From an uncultured delta proteobacterium (GTDB lineage Bacteria; Desulfobacterota; Binatia; UBA9968): a stretch of DNA of 64,000 nt. Numbering within the stretch: position 1 is the first letter of the stretch; every line of letters starts with the position of its first letter. The DNA lies in assembly GCA_963755715.1 (NCBI GenBank), contig CAVWLW010000063.1:38914-102913 (forward strand), written 5' to 3'. This document shows positions 31,664-43,800 of the stretch, one piece after another. The translations under genes and the position numbers were made by a program. The notes under the pieces are model-generated. The model worked only from the letters and a program-made list of their open reading frames with translations, did not search any database and was not told the origin of the DNA.

Positions 31664-32515
31664 ATGGACGCGTTAAGTTATCCGTGGGCAGTTTACTTTC
31701 CGAAGGCGCAGCAGTGGGTGGGTCTCGAGCGCTCCAAAACACCGCCACCAGACGCGCAGTTTGTTCGCCTCGACACAAAGCTTACAGCCGTAAGTGTGCT
31801 TGAAGAGTTTACCAATCTAAAAGGCGTGTCGATCGGTCATGCAACGCAAGGTGACTTGGAGGTCATCACGACAATTCGCTGCGCTCACATGCGTACGTTT
31901 GGTGATGCCACGGATCACGTCGCTCGCGCCGCTACGCGCGCTTGCACATTTGGCGGCGCTCGAATTGGACGACCCGCCAACTCTGGCGGGGCTCGATCAA
32001 CTCGTGGAGCTCAAGTGCTTGGTGCTGCGACACATCCGGCGAATCAAAAGTCTTGCGCCGGTTGGCGAATTAGACGGACTGCGCGCGATCTCGATTTCGA
32101 CGATCCCCAGCTGGGACGCGTCGCGCCGTTGTCTTGAAGTGGAGTCGCTCGAGCCATTGAGCCACCTTCGAGAATTGGAATCGCTTTCTCTGATGGGTGT
32201 AAAGCCGCTCGACGCCCGGCTTGATCCGTTGCAGCTTCTTTCTAACTTGAAGTACTTGCACGTATCCACGAGTTTCAGTTTCAGCTCGAAGACTACGCGG
32301 CCTTGGCGCGCGCCCTGCCGAATACGACGGGCCATTGTCTGCTGCCGTATTACGTGATTCCGCAATTGTCGCTGCGCTGCAAACGGTGCGGCGGAGATAT
32401 TGTTTTTTTGACCGGCCCGCGGCCGCGCACGCGTCGGCAACTCTGCCCCATCTGTGATGAGCAAAAGTTGGCAGAGCATGAGCGGCAGTGGAACGACGCC
32501 ATGAAGCGGCATTAA
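31664..32515 (+). CDS. Leucine-rich-repeat protein with C-terminal Zn-ribbon, frameshifted
   Basis: LxxLxxLxL repeats (LDQLVELKCLVL, LSHLRELESLSL, LSNLKYLHV) across three ORFs; CKRC..CPIC at the end. Confidence 0.6.
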
Positions 32516-32747
32516 GCTCGTAGTTCGGCATTCGCCGGTTGTAGACCAACCTTGACAGCTGACGATATAAAAAAGAAACTCCTCGCTATCAGACAGATTA
32601 GTTATTGAGGCAGCTTGGTTCAGTCTAATCCATTCCGCTTGCAGGCAGATTCCGTTCCCGACTGTGGAACACTACCAACATGTCATGGGTGAATCCGTCT
32701 GACATGGCGTATCAGAGGGATAAATACTATCCTGGAAAAAAACTGCC

Positions 32748-33206
32748 ATGAAACTCCTTGTTCTCGACGACTTTCCCTTGTGGACGACTTATGTGCTCGG
32801 GTTTGTCGTCCTGTGTGGGTTTTTGTTTGCTCTGACAATGGTGCTTCGCTCGTTGTGGATTACTAAAAGCCATGCGCGCGCGGCTCGGCCCGGGCGCCAA
32901 GCGTGGTTTTTCGTGATTGCCGGAGCCTTGGCTGTCTGGTTCTTGGGCTCTTCGATGTATCTGCGCTTTCACGCGATCGGTATCGGACCGCGAGAGATCG
33001 AGCTGATATTTTTCTGGCCCCGACCGCCGGTGAGTATCGGAGCCGATGACTTGGTCGATGTGAAGCTTCTGCGGACCTATCGCACCTGCGGTCATATGGA
33101 AATCACGACCCGGCAAGAACTCTTTCGCAGCGTCAACTTCAAAAAATGCGAAGGCGCTGAAGAGGCTCTCAAAGAGATTTCACCACGGATTCACGCCAAC
33201 TCTTAG
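32748..33206 (+). CDS. Hypothetical membrane protein (2 TM)
   Basis: Two hydrophobic segments followed by a beta-rich soluble tail. Confidence 0.6.
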   Translation: MKLLVLDDFPLWTTYVLGFVVLCGFLFALTMVLRSLWITKSHARAARPGRQAWFFVIAGALAVWFLGSSMYLRFHAIGIGPREIELIFFWPRPPVSIGADDLVDVKLLRTYRTCGHMEITTRQELFRSVNFKKCEGAEEALKEISPRIHANS

Positions 33207-33274
33207 AATTGTCGCCTAGAAACGGCCGCCGGGAGGCGCGGACCGCAAACGAATATTAGGCGTGGGAAGAGGCT

Positions 33275-33865
33275 ATGGTTGATGCCCTGCAAAATTTGCT
33301 GGCCGAGCTCGAGCAGTTCGGGCGCGACAACGACAGCGCAACCGCCGAGCGGCCGCGCAAGATGCTCAATATTACGCGCGACACCGGCGAGTTTCTCGCG
33401 GTCCTGGTCAGAGCTGCCTTTGCGCGCCGGGTGCTGGAGATCGGCACGTCGAATGGCTATTCGACGCTCTGGCTCGCGAGCGCGGCGCAGGACATCGGCG
33501 GATCGGTGACCACGGTAGAAAAGTCTCAATATAAGATCGATCTTGCGGCAACGAACTTCGCACGCTCCGGTTTGGCTTCTTCGATCGCGCAAGTTCACGA
33601 CGACGCGGGCCGCTTGCTCGAGCGCTCCGCCGATGGCGCCTTTGATTTAATCTTCCTGGATTCCGAGCGGCCGGAATATTCCGGTTGGTGGCCGCATCTG
33701 CGGCGCGTGCTCCGTCGGGGTGGCTTGCTCGTTGTCGACAACGCCACCTCCCATCCTGCTGAGATCGCGCCGTTCGTAGCTTTGGTGAAGGCCGACGCCG
33801 AATTCATTACGAGTTTGGTGCCGGTCGGTAACGGCGAGTTTCTTGCCGCGCGATCCGTGACGTAA
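33275..33865 (+). CDS. Class I SAM-dependent O-methyltransferase
   Basis: VLEIGTSNGYSTLWLA, FDLIFLD, GGLLVVDN. Confidence 0.9.
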   Translation: MVDALQNLLAELEQFGRDNDSATAERPRKMLNITRDTGEFLAVLVRAAFARRVLEIGTSNGYSTLWLASAAQDIGGSVTTVEKSQYKIDLAATNFARSGLASSIAQVHDDAGRLLERSADGAFDLIFLDSERPEYSGWWPHLRRVLRRGGLLVVDNATSHPAEIAPFVALVKADAEFITSLVPVGNGEFLAARSVT

Positions 33866-33927
33866 TTGTCTAGCTTATGCTAGGGTGGCGGAACCAAAGT
33901 CCGTTGAGTAAATCACAGCCACCATCC

Positions 33928-34015
33928 CGTCATGCCGTGAAAACCGGCATCCAGATGTCTTTGAAACTCTGGATTCCGGGTCGCGCTAGCTATCGCCAGC
34001 TTGCCCGGAATGACG
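33928..34015. repeat. Palindromic repeat (CGTCAT..GCATCCAG / CTGGATTCC..GGAATGACG)
   Basis: Terminal CGTCAT/ATGACG inversion with internal ATCCAG/CTGGAT arms. Confidence 0.7.
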
Positions 34016-34106
34016 ATTCAATTTTGGTGCGAACTTCGGTTCCATGACACTAATTTGGTTTCTATTCCGCACGGAGGCACGCTACGAGCCGAAGGAGGAT
34101 CGAGCG

Positions 34107-35112
34107 ATGTCGTCACGGCATTTAATCATTTTAGCGACACGGCTTGCGATTACGCTGGCAATAATTCATTCGCTCGGCTTCGCCGCGCACGGCAGCGACG
34201 CCGAACAGAAAACTGTCACTGGTTTTTGCCGATTTCAGCGAGCGAGCGGGTCTTTTATTCGTTGCGAAGGATCAACACTTCTTCGAAGAACAGGGCGTAG
34301 ATGTCGATGTCGTCCAGGTGCGCAACGGCCCGGTGGCGATCGCCGCGGTCGCGGCGGGTGAGGCGCAGTTCTACAGCGTGTCGGCGACGGGTGCATCGCT
34401 GGGAGCGATGGCCGGCGGCCTCGATATTGTTTTTGTCGCCGGGTTTATCAACCGGCTGGACGGTTATTTCGCCGTCTCGACGAAGGTGCGCGCGCCGGAG
34501 GATTTAAAAGGGAAGACTCTCGGTGTCCAAAGCATCGGCGGTGGCATCTGGATGTTTACGCAAATCTTGCTCGATCACTGGGGCCTGAATACCGAACGTG
34601 ACAAAATTCAGATCCGCGCTATCGGCGACGATTCGGTCCTGGCGCAGGCGGTGATGACGGGTGTCATCGACGGCGCGGTGCTGGGTTATACCTATAGCCG
34701 GGTCATTTCACAAAAGGGCGGCCGTATCCTGGTCGAGCTGCCGACCCTCAACATCAAGTATCAAGGCACGGGGTTGGTGGCGTCGCGCCGTTTTCTCGAT
34801 AGTTCGCCCGACGCCGTGGAGAAGACTCTCAGAGCGCTGATCCGAGCGAATCGATTCATTCAGGATAAGAACAATCAGCCGGCAGTTATCCGCAGCTTAA
34901 GGAAATGGTTGCGGCTGGCGCCGACGGACAACGGCGAAGATCTGTACAACCGGATACGGCTACTCTACGATCGGAGCATTGTGCCGACGAAAGAGGGGAT
35001 CCAAAGCGCGCTCCAACTTCTCGCCAAGAGCGATGCAAAGTTTGCCAAACTCAAAGCCGATGATCTCGTCGACGACCGTATCGCGCGGAAGTTGGAGAAG
35101 GAAGGATTGTGA
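34107..35112 (+). CDS. NMT1/THI5-like ABC substrate-binding protein, frameshifted near 34230
   Basis: AGGAGG RBS, signal peptide, DLKGKTLGVQSIGGGIW; paralog of the next gene. Confidence 0.85.
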
Positions 35113-35141
35113 ACCACGCCGGTTCATGAGAAAGAAATAGA

Positions 35142-36191
35142 TTGTTACGAACGAAGGCAAATGGTGCTGCAAAGATTATTTATCTGGAGAATCCATTGAA
35201 GAAGTTACCATCGGTGGTCTGTGTGGGTCTGTTGCTGCTTGTTGCGTGGGCCGGAGTTTCTCGTGCGGCGACGTCCGCGAACAGGATTGTGATCGCATAT
35301 TCATCTCTCAACGAGCGCGGGGCGGGAGCCCTGCTCGTCGCCCGGGATCAGGGATTTTTCCGTAAGTACGATCTTGACGTCCAGTTGATCTTCATGCGCA
35401 ACGCTGCGGTGGCATTGTCGGCTTTGTCGGCGGGCGAGGCGCAGTTTTATTCCGGCTCTGCCAATGGTTCCGCACTCGGCGCGATGGCGGGTGGACTCGA
35501 CCTGGTTTTCGTCGCCGGTTTGGCGAACCAGCTCAACGGCACCATGGTCGCGGCGCCGGCGATTCATTCGCCCGCCGATCTCAAGGGCAAAAATATCGGC
35601 ATCCAAAGTATCGGCGGCGGCGTCTGGATGATTACCCAACTGGTTCTTGAACATTGGGGCCTGGAACCCAAACGGGATCGGATCAACTTGCGCATCGTCG
35701 GCGATGAGTCGGTGATGGTCCAATCCTTGGTACTCGGAACCGTGGATGCAACCTACGCCGGATACGCCTACGCCACGATGCTCAAGAAGCAGGGCTTCCG
35801 GGTGCTCGCGGACCTGACCAAGCTCGGCGTGCCGTTTCAGAGCACGGCGATTTTGGCGCGGCGGAGCTATTTGAGCTCCTCGTCCGCGACGGCGGAGAAA
35901 GTCGTCCGCGCCTTGGTCGAGTCGATCGGATTTATTCAGCGGCCGGCAAACAAAGCGGCGGTGGTTGCGACGTTGACGAAAGGTTTGCAGATCGTCCGTC
36001 CTGAGGATGCGGAAGAAGGTTACGAGGTCATAAAGAACGTTTACGAGCGGCGCGTCTATCCCAATATCGACGGGATCAACAATGCGATTCGCCTGCTCGG
36101 CCTCAGCAACGAAAAAATTCGTCAACTCAAAGGCGCGAATCTGGTCGACGATAGCATCGTCAGGAAATTAGAAAAGGAAGGGTTGTTTTAA
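35142..36191 (+). CDS. NMT1/THI5-like ABC substrate-binding protein (start probably ~35196)
   Basis: Signal peptide, ARDQGFFRKY, DLKGKNIGIQSIGGG. Confidence 0.9.
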   Translation: MLRTKANGAAKIIYLENPLKKLPSVVCVGLLLLVAWAGVSRAATSANRIVIAYSSLNERGAGALLVARDQGFFRKYDLDVQLIFMRNAAVALSALSAGEAQFYSGSANGSALGAMAGGLDLVFVAGLANQLNGTMVAAPAIHSPADLKGKNIGIQSIGGGVWMITQLVLEHWGLEPKRDRINLRIVGDESVMVQSLVLGTVDATYAGYAYATMLKKQGFRVLADLTKLGVPFQSTAILARRSYLSSSSATAEKVVRALVESIGFIQRPANKAAVVATLTKGLQIVRPEDAEEGYEVIKNVYERRVYPNIDGINNAIRLLGLSNEKIRQLKGANLVDDSIVRKLEKEGLF

Positions 36192-36292
36192 TTTAGAAGG
36201 ATTTCCGTTCGAAATCGTTCAATCAAAGTTCAAACCGTTTCAATCATGAACCCATTCAAATAATGATGATCGCATGATCACTAGGGAAACCT

Positions 36293-37600
36293 ATGCAACT
36301 CGATTTGGCGGATTTTCCGGTGCGCGAGATTCGTTTCGGCAAATCTTATCGTTATCAAAGCGGAACATTAGAACTGGATCGCGAAGATCTCGCGCGACTT
36401 GTCCTGCAAGATGAACGTATAGAGGAAGCGAGATTCGAAACTGTTTCGCCGGGTGAGCATGCGCGCATTACCGGCATTCGCGATATCGTCGAACCGAGAG
36501 CTAAGTTCGCCGGTGATGGTCAAGTATTTCCGGGAACAATCGGGCCGGTCGAGAGTGTCGGCGGCGGCTTGACGAGTCGCTTATCCGGGATGACTGTCAT
36601 CGCCACGGCCGCCTACGAAGGGACGATTCGCGCGGGCACAGGCGTCGAGCGTAGCGCGATGCTCGATATGTGGGGACCGGGGGCCGCAGCTTCACGCTTC
36701 AGCAAGTTTGTTCACCTGGTTCTGATTATGCGACTCAAGGAAGGTTTGGGCGAGTTCGAAGCGCATACCGCGATTCAAAGAGCCGAATTCGAAGTGGCAA
36801 AAAAATTGGCGCAAGTCCCTCAAGGGCTTACGTCGGAACACATTGAGCGATTCGCACTCCATGAAAACAAGCCCGGCTTGCCGCGCGTCGTCTTGATCCA
36901 AGGCTGCATCACCAACGGTGGGCAGCCGCATTCCGGAGTGAGTTATTACGGCCTGCCGATACGTGAATCGCTGGCGACGCTCATTCATCCTAACGAGTTA
37001 CTGGACGGCGCGGTGACGACCAATACAACGCGCGGGATTGGTTACTACCCAACGACGTGGGACTGGCAGAATCATCCACTCGCTTTGGAATTGTATCGCG
37101 AGCAAGCTGCGGGCCGGTTGAGTTTCGCAGGCGTAATTCTCGAGCGCATTTCCTACGACACGATTCACGGCAAGGAGGTCGTCGCGCACAATACCGCCCA
37201 GCTCGCGGCGCAGATCGGCGCCGACGCCGCGCTGATCACCTGGCTCGGCTCGGGAAATGCTTTTGTCGACGTCATGTTCACCCTGCGCGCTTGTGAGCGG
37301 CGCGGCATCAAGACGACCCTCGTCACCTACGAATACGGCGGCAAAGACGGCGTGGATTCGCCGTTGCTTTATTACGTGGCGGAAGCGAATGCGGTGGTGA
37401 GCACCGGCAGCCGCGACCGCTGGATCGAGCTGCCGGCGGCGGAAAAGATCGTCGGACCTTACCAGGAAATTCGCGTGTTGAGCTATCCCGGCGCGCCGGC
37501 AACGCCGGCCCGCGCCGCCTTGACGCTCGATGCCCGCGATATGGTCATCGGCGGCGTCGACATCTGGGGCGCGGACACTTCGATTTGCAAGCTCTACTGA
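36293..37600 (+). CDS. Glycine/sarcosine/betaine reductase component B proprotein-like (GrdE family)
   Basis: DIVEPRAK, VFPG, LDMWGPGA..SRFS, IHPNELLDGA, QNHP, GNAFVD, GIKT, ANAVVSTG. Confidence 0.8.
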   Translation: MQLDLADFPVREIRFGKSYRYQSGTLELDREDLARLVLQDERIEEARFETVSPGEHARITGIRDIVEPRAKFAGDGQVFPGTIGPVESVGGGLTSRLSGMTVIATAAYEGTIRAGTGVERSAMLDMWGPGAAASRFSKFVHLVLIMRLKEGLGEFEAHTAIQRAEFEVAKKLAQVPQGLTSEHIERFALHENKPGLPRVVLIQGCITNGGQPHSGVSYYGLPIRESLATLIHPNELLDGAVTTNTTRGIGYYPTTWDWQNHPLALELYREQAAGRLSFAGVILERISYDTIHGKEVVAHNTAQLAAQIGADAALITWLGSGNAFVDVMFTLRACERRGIKTTLVTYEYGGKDGVDSPLLYYVAEANAVVSTGSRDRWIELPAAEKIVGPYQEIRVLSYPGAPATPARAALTLDARDMVIGGVDIWGADTSICKLY

Positions 37601-37663
37601 AGATCGTTCGTCGCGCGGGCGAAGAGCGGCGAGTTTTCATTATCCTGCTGTCTTATCCGGGAA

Positions 37664-37689
37664 GGGCGGACACACAGGTCCGCCCCTAC
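37664..37689 (-). repeat. GTAG-type REP palindrome
   Basis: Reverse complement GTAGGGGCGGACCTGTGTGTCCGCCC. Confidence 0.7.
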
Positions 37690-37869
37690 ATCAGGACATA
37701 GCGAATTCAAGCCGTGCCATTATCTAAAATCAGTACCCGTAAACCTCGCGCTTCATTTATAATAGGTCGTCGGAGCGGAGCCGCTTCTTAGCGCATTTGA
37801 ATTTGAATCATGCCTGAATACGCGGCTGCAATGCACAACCTCTAGCGCGCCGACACTCAGGAGATTTTT

Positions 37870-40800
37870 ATGGCGGAGAATATTTCTCTGAAGCTCACGG
37901 GCGCGCCGATCGCCCATCCCAACCTGCCGAACGTTTTGCGTTCAGCGCTGCGCGGCGTCGACGGCGCGCGGGTCGATGAGTTTATTCCTGAGGGTTACTT
38001 GAAAATCTCCGCGGCTTTCGAAGTCGGCCGGCGCGCTCGCTCGACGCCCGAAGGCGTCGTTGAGAAAACGCTGCAAGCGGCCGACGACGAGATCATCGTG
38101 CTCGAAATGGCCGACGGCGTAACCGTCATCACCAGCGCGATCAAGCTTAGGGAAACGTTGAAGCGGGTCAAGCCCAAGGCGGTTGAGGCCGATGGGACGA
38201 TAAGGCTCGATGCGCTGCATGATCGCGGCGAGGATCCCGCGGCGTCATTGGTGACTGCGGCGAGCGATCTCGTCTCGCGGATATTCACGCTCACAGTGGG
38301 TGAGGTTGCGGACCCGATCATCGATGCGGCGAAGCGCGAAGCCGCAAAATGGTTCGGGGTGAATGCGCGAGGACAAGATCCGAGATTATGCCGAACTCGG
38401 TGTCACCTGGCTCGGCACCAAAGCGCTCATGTGGGCGATCGAAAATCGGCTCGATCCAAAGCCGGGCCTCTACCGCTGGCCTCGCGGTATGGGCCAAGCG
38501 GTCGATCTTGTGAATCTTGATGACGAAGTGCTTACGAATGATGCAAAGGCAGGTCCGCTGCTTGTGTTTATTCACGGCACCGCATCGTCGAGCACAGGCA
38601 GTTTCGGCGATCTGCAAAAAATTGGCAACGACGACTGGCAATCGCTCGGGAACAAATTCGGCGAGCGCATCTACGCCTTTGAGCATCGCACGTTCTCGGA
38701 GAGCCCGATCGAAAATGCCATCGAGCTGGCGGCCAAGTTGCCCAAAGGCGCGCAAATCAACCTGGTCACACATTCGCGCGGCGGCTTGGTCGGCGACCTA
38801 TTGTGCCTGGAGAAGTTTTCAGACGAGCTGATCGAAAGCTTTAGGGCGGAATTGCCGGAGCCCGGCGATGTATCCGAAGAGGAGCGGGAACGCATAAAGA
38901 GCGAAGTCGCCAATGCTCACGCCGAACACCGGGCAAGGCTGCGCGATTTGCGCGCTCTCCTGCAGGAGAAGCAATTCTCCATACAACGTTACGTGCGCGT
39001 CGCTTGCCCTGCGCGCGGCACGCTGCTGGCTTCGGGAAATTTGGATATTTTTCTCTCGGCCTTGCTCACTTTGATCGGCCGCGTGCCCTTATCTTTACGG
39101 CAACCCGCTTTACTACGCCTTCAAGCGTATCGTTATTGAGATCGCTAAAAATCGCACCGACGCCAAGCTGATTCCGGGTATCGAGGCGATGCTGCCGGAT
39201 TCGCCGATGGCGCGCTTTTTAGCCGTTGCCAAACCGCAAGAGTCCACGCAAATGGCGGTTATCGCCGGCGACATCGAAGGCGGCGGTCTGCTCAAAAGGT
39301 TGGGGGTGTGTTTACCGACTATGCGTTTTTCAGCGGCATCGACAACGATCTGGTCGTCGATACCGATTCGATGTATGCCGGCATTGCGCGTCAGGCTGGC
39401 GGGCGCGCGCTGTTCGATCAAGGACCGGCGACGTCGCATTTTCATTATTTTCAAAATGATGGCACGCGTGCGGCGTTGCGCGAATGGCTGCTTTCGGACG
39501 CGGTCGAGCACCTAGAGCTTTTCAAAGCCTTGCCCGGCGATCTGCAAGAACCGAGTCTGGCCGAAGAAATCAGCCGGACCGCGGCTCTGCGCCGAAGCCG
39601 CGGCGGCGAAGCGGCCGAGGCCACACTGCCCATCGTTGTCGTGTTGCCGGAATCATGGGCTCCCATCTGTGGAAAAATAACAGTGACCGCATCTGGTTCG
39701 ACGTTCCCGATATCGCGACCGCAGGCTCGACGATCTGCGCTGGACGGCCGTTACAGGATCGGCGGCGGGAGACGGCATCACGGCGGAAAAGCTCTTCGAT
39801 ATTTCGTCGGTGACTTGTACAAGCTTCTCATGGATTCGCACCGAGTCGAACGGTTCCCTTACGATTGGCGTCTGCCGCTCGATATTCTGGCCGATAGTCT
39901 GGAGGAATTTTTACGCAAGCTGTTCAATGACACGAAGAATCCCGAGCGCCCGATTCGGATCCTCGCGCATAGCATGGGCGGTTTGGTGGTGCGTTCGCTC
40001 ATTCACAAAAATACTCAGCTCTGGGATCAACTCGATGGCGCGCGACGGCGCGCGCTTCATCATGCTCGGCACGCCGAACCAGGGCGCGCACTCGATGGTC
40101 GAAGCACTGATCGGCAAGTCCGACACGCTGCGCACACTCGCCCGCCTCGATCTCGCCAATGATCTGCAAACCATTCTCGACGTCATCGGCGAGTTCCGCG
40201 GCGCTTTGCAGCTGTTGCCGAAGCCGGGTTTTAAGGACATCGGCGGCGCGCAATTCGATGATTATTTTAGCGCCGGGCGATGGCGCGCGTTCAAAGCGGA
40301 GATGAAGGACTCTGGTTCGGCGACAAGGTAGCGGCGTTGCCGAGCGATGCAGCGCTCAATCAAGGCAAATGGCTGTGGGAACGCGATGGTGACTGACGCC
40401 GGGTTTGCCGGAATAGCACGAAAGACAAAACCATTTACGTGCATGGCTGCGCACCGAACCGCTTGCGGCGTCGAAAAAGTCGGCGGCCGATGGAAAATGA
40501 TCGGTACGTCGAAGGCGACGGCACGGTCACTTGGAAGTCGGGTGCGATCGGCGGCATCGGCCGGCGTTATTACATGCCCGCAGTGCCCGGCGATCTGGCC
40601 AACACGAAGGAATATTTCAGCGCCGTGACCGAAGTGCTCCGCAGCGGCGCGACTGGCGCTTTGACGGATACAGCCGCCGGCGAAACGTGACGTGAGAAAC
40701 CGCGAAGCCCGATGCCCTACGAGGCCGGGCCGCCACGCTAACCGATGCCCGAAGAGGCCGCCATCGCGCTCATGGGCAAATCGAAGCGCAAACGCATGAA

Positions 40801-43800
40801 GTCGCGACAGGTGGCGACGCTGAGGGTCAAGGTCAAGGCGATGGATCTTCGTTTCGTGACCCAGCCGATCATGGTCGGCCACTATGAACAGGACGCGATT
40901 TCCGGCGCGGAATCGATGATCGATCGCGACGTCGTCGACCGCGCTTTGAGCGAGCGCTACAACATGGGCCTTTAGGCTGGCACGGTCGGCAGCGCAGTGG
41001 TCGTGTTGCGCTTGCCCAACAGACGCCAGCGGTTGCGCGGGAGTTTTTGCGGGGCGGTGGTCACGGGATTAGGGCAGTACGATGGCACGTTCACAGCGAA
41101 CCCATTGACCGAAGCGGTGCGGACAGGCGCCGTTCGCTATCTTCTTCAATACGCCGACTGCAGCGGCGGACGCAGCGGTGAAATCGCTCTGTCCACTTTA
41201 TATTGGGCTATAATTCCACGGCGAACCGTGTACATCGCTGCCTCCGTTGAAGCGCTGATCCGCGGCGTCGTCGAGGCCAATCTTAAATTCAGCGAGGTAC
41301 TGGCGGTTCTTTGAGGATATCCTCATTGGAAATCGTCGAGTTGTGTCTCGATAGCGCAATTTCGGCGATGCGCTCATTGACGGATTTCGCGGCCAAGATC
41401 AACGCGGATATCAGCCAGCTCGGCGTTCGTCTGGAAGTGCCAGAAGGGCTGGATCGAGGCATCGGTGTTCGGCAACGACTCGACGATAAGCGGGCCGTCG
41501 CATACTGGCCGCGCATGATCATCACCAACGCGGATAGCCATGAAAGCGATTCTCCCCAACCGACTGCCGACGAATCGCCGCAAGCCGAAGGTGATCGATC
41601 GAAGCAACCGATGAAGATCGCCGAGCGGTTGCGCTTCGTACACGTCGGCCAGCGCGCGCGCGCTGAAACCATCGTACAGCAGCGCCAGCCCGGTTTGGTG
41701 GAGTCGCTGATAGCGCAACAGATTCGGGTGCACAGCTATCAACCGGAGTTTTGCCGGACGCTGTTTCAACTGATGGTGCCGCAGGATTTTAAGACGCGGC
41801 GCGCCAGCTCGACCGCATCGTGCTCGTGCTCGACGGCTACAGCGCTAATTTGCCTTGGGAGCTGATGCTCGCGGATCAGGAACCGCTCGCCGTGCGCGCG
41901 CACATGATCAGGCAACTCTCGTCAAGCCGGTTTCGGCGCCAAGTGCGCGAGTCGCTGCAGCCGCTCGCCTACGTGATCGGTAACCCGTCAACGGAAAACT
42001 TCTTCAAGATGTTTCCGTTTCCCGATCGACAACCCGCCGAGGGATTGGACTCGTTGACCGGCGCGGAAGAAGAGGCGGGCGCGGTCGTGGAAGCTTTGAA
42101 TCGTCACGGTTATCAGGTCGAGTCATCGATCGGCCAAGGGCGCAAGGCGCTGGACGTGATCACGCCACTTTACCAAAAACCGTATCGTATCGTGCACATC
42201 GCGGCGCACGGGCTTTTCGAGCAGCCGGCGGCAGACGGCGTAACTCGCACCGGCGTCGTGCTGTCCGATGGATTGTTGCTGGGAGCCCGCGGAGATCGGC
42301 CAGATGGAGATCGTCCCGGACCTGGTATTTCTCAATTGCTGTCACCTGGCAAAAGCGAATCCCACGCCCATCGCATACAATCGTTTGGCTTACAGCATCT
42401 CGCGCGAGTTGATCGAGATCGGCGTGCGCTGTGTGATCGCCGCAGGATGGGCGGTCGACGACGACGCTGCGCTCACCTTCGCCGATGCTTTTTATCGCTG
42501 CATTCTGCAGGACAAATTGCAGTTCGGCGACGCCGTATTCGAAGCTCGCAGAGAGACTTATCGCAAACACGGCAGCAGCATCACGTGGGGCGCCTATCAA
42601 GCCTACGGCGATCCGGGTTGGCGCGTGGATCCGCGCGCCGAGTCCAACAGCCGTGGCGAGGACGTCGGTAGATTTATCGCGCCGGAAGAATTGATCGATC
42701 AAATCGAACGGATGCGCATTCACATCTACCGGCGCCGCGAGTCGATGACCCTCTCGGACGCCAAGAGCATCGGCGCGGAACTTAAACAACTGCTCAGCCG
42801 TTGCCCAAGAAATTGGCTGGGCAAACCGGCCGTGAATTTCGAGCTGGCGCAAACCTACGCTTTGCTCGGCGTCGAATATTTTGAAGATGCGCGCAAGTTC
42901 TATATCGCTGCCATCGCCGCGGAGGACAAGACCGGGCGCGTGCCGATCGCCGCCATCGAGCAATTGGCCAATCTGGAATCGCGGCTCGCGGAGAGTAGGG
43001 GAGATGCGGAATTGGCGGAGCGCGCGCTCGCGCGCCTGAAAAATCTAGATCAGATGGCCGCCGGGCCGGCGGATGATGGCGTCGCAAGAACGGACAAGCC
43101 AGGTTCGTCGGCGAACGTCGAGCGCGCGTCCGTTATCGGCAGCGGTAACAAACGCAAAGCGGCAATCTTTGCAAACAGGATCATCGCCGGCGATACCGCC
43201 GCAGCCACGGTGAAAGAGTTCAACAGCGCGGTGCGGGAGAGCATTGCGGCCTACGAGATCGGGTCGGGGAAAGCGACCGACGAGCGATTCGATCCTTATC
43301 CGGCGCTCAACGGGTTGGCACTGAAGGCGCTTGAAGGAACGTATAAAGAGGGCGTTTCGGAGTGTGTCGCGTGCGCGGCCAAAGCGAACGACAGATTCAA
43401 GCAGTCACCCGATGTTTGGAGCGCGGTCATGGCGGCAGACGCGTATCTAGTCGAATCGTTGTGTTCCGGCGCTTTAGGCGACGAGGATGAGAAAAGCGAG
43501 AAAGCGTTCGAGCAAGTGAGTCAACGCTATAGGGATGCGCTGACCCATATTCAAATCGCGCCCAAGGATCTCGACTCCGTCACTCAGCAGTTGTGTCTGC
43601 TGGCCCTTTTATTCGATGCTAAAGCTGCGACTCGAATCGGGACAAGCCGCGGGAAGGCGGATACGGCGATCGCGCAACGATTGCGCCGGCTGGCGGACAC
43701 GATTCGACCGGGAAGTTGCACGGCGACGAATAATTCGAGACCAAAAGCAGCGGAAGAGAAAGCGCCGTCGAAGAAATCAACAACTTCTGGCCGTCGTGGC

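Noticed and set aside
40973-40975. In-frame TAG in the CHAT gene as pyrrolysine or readthrough
   Set aside because: No pyl genes. A Tyr codon miscall in an error-rich gene is simpler.
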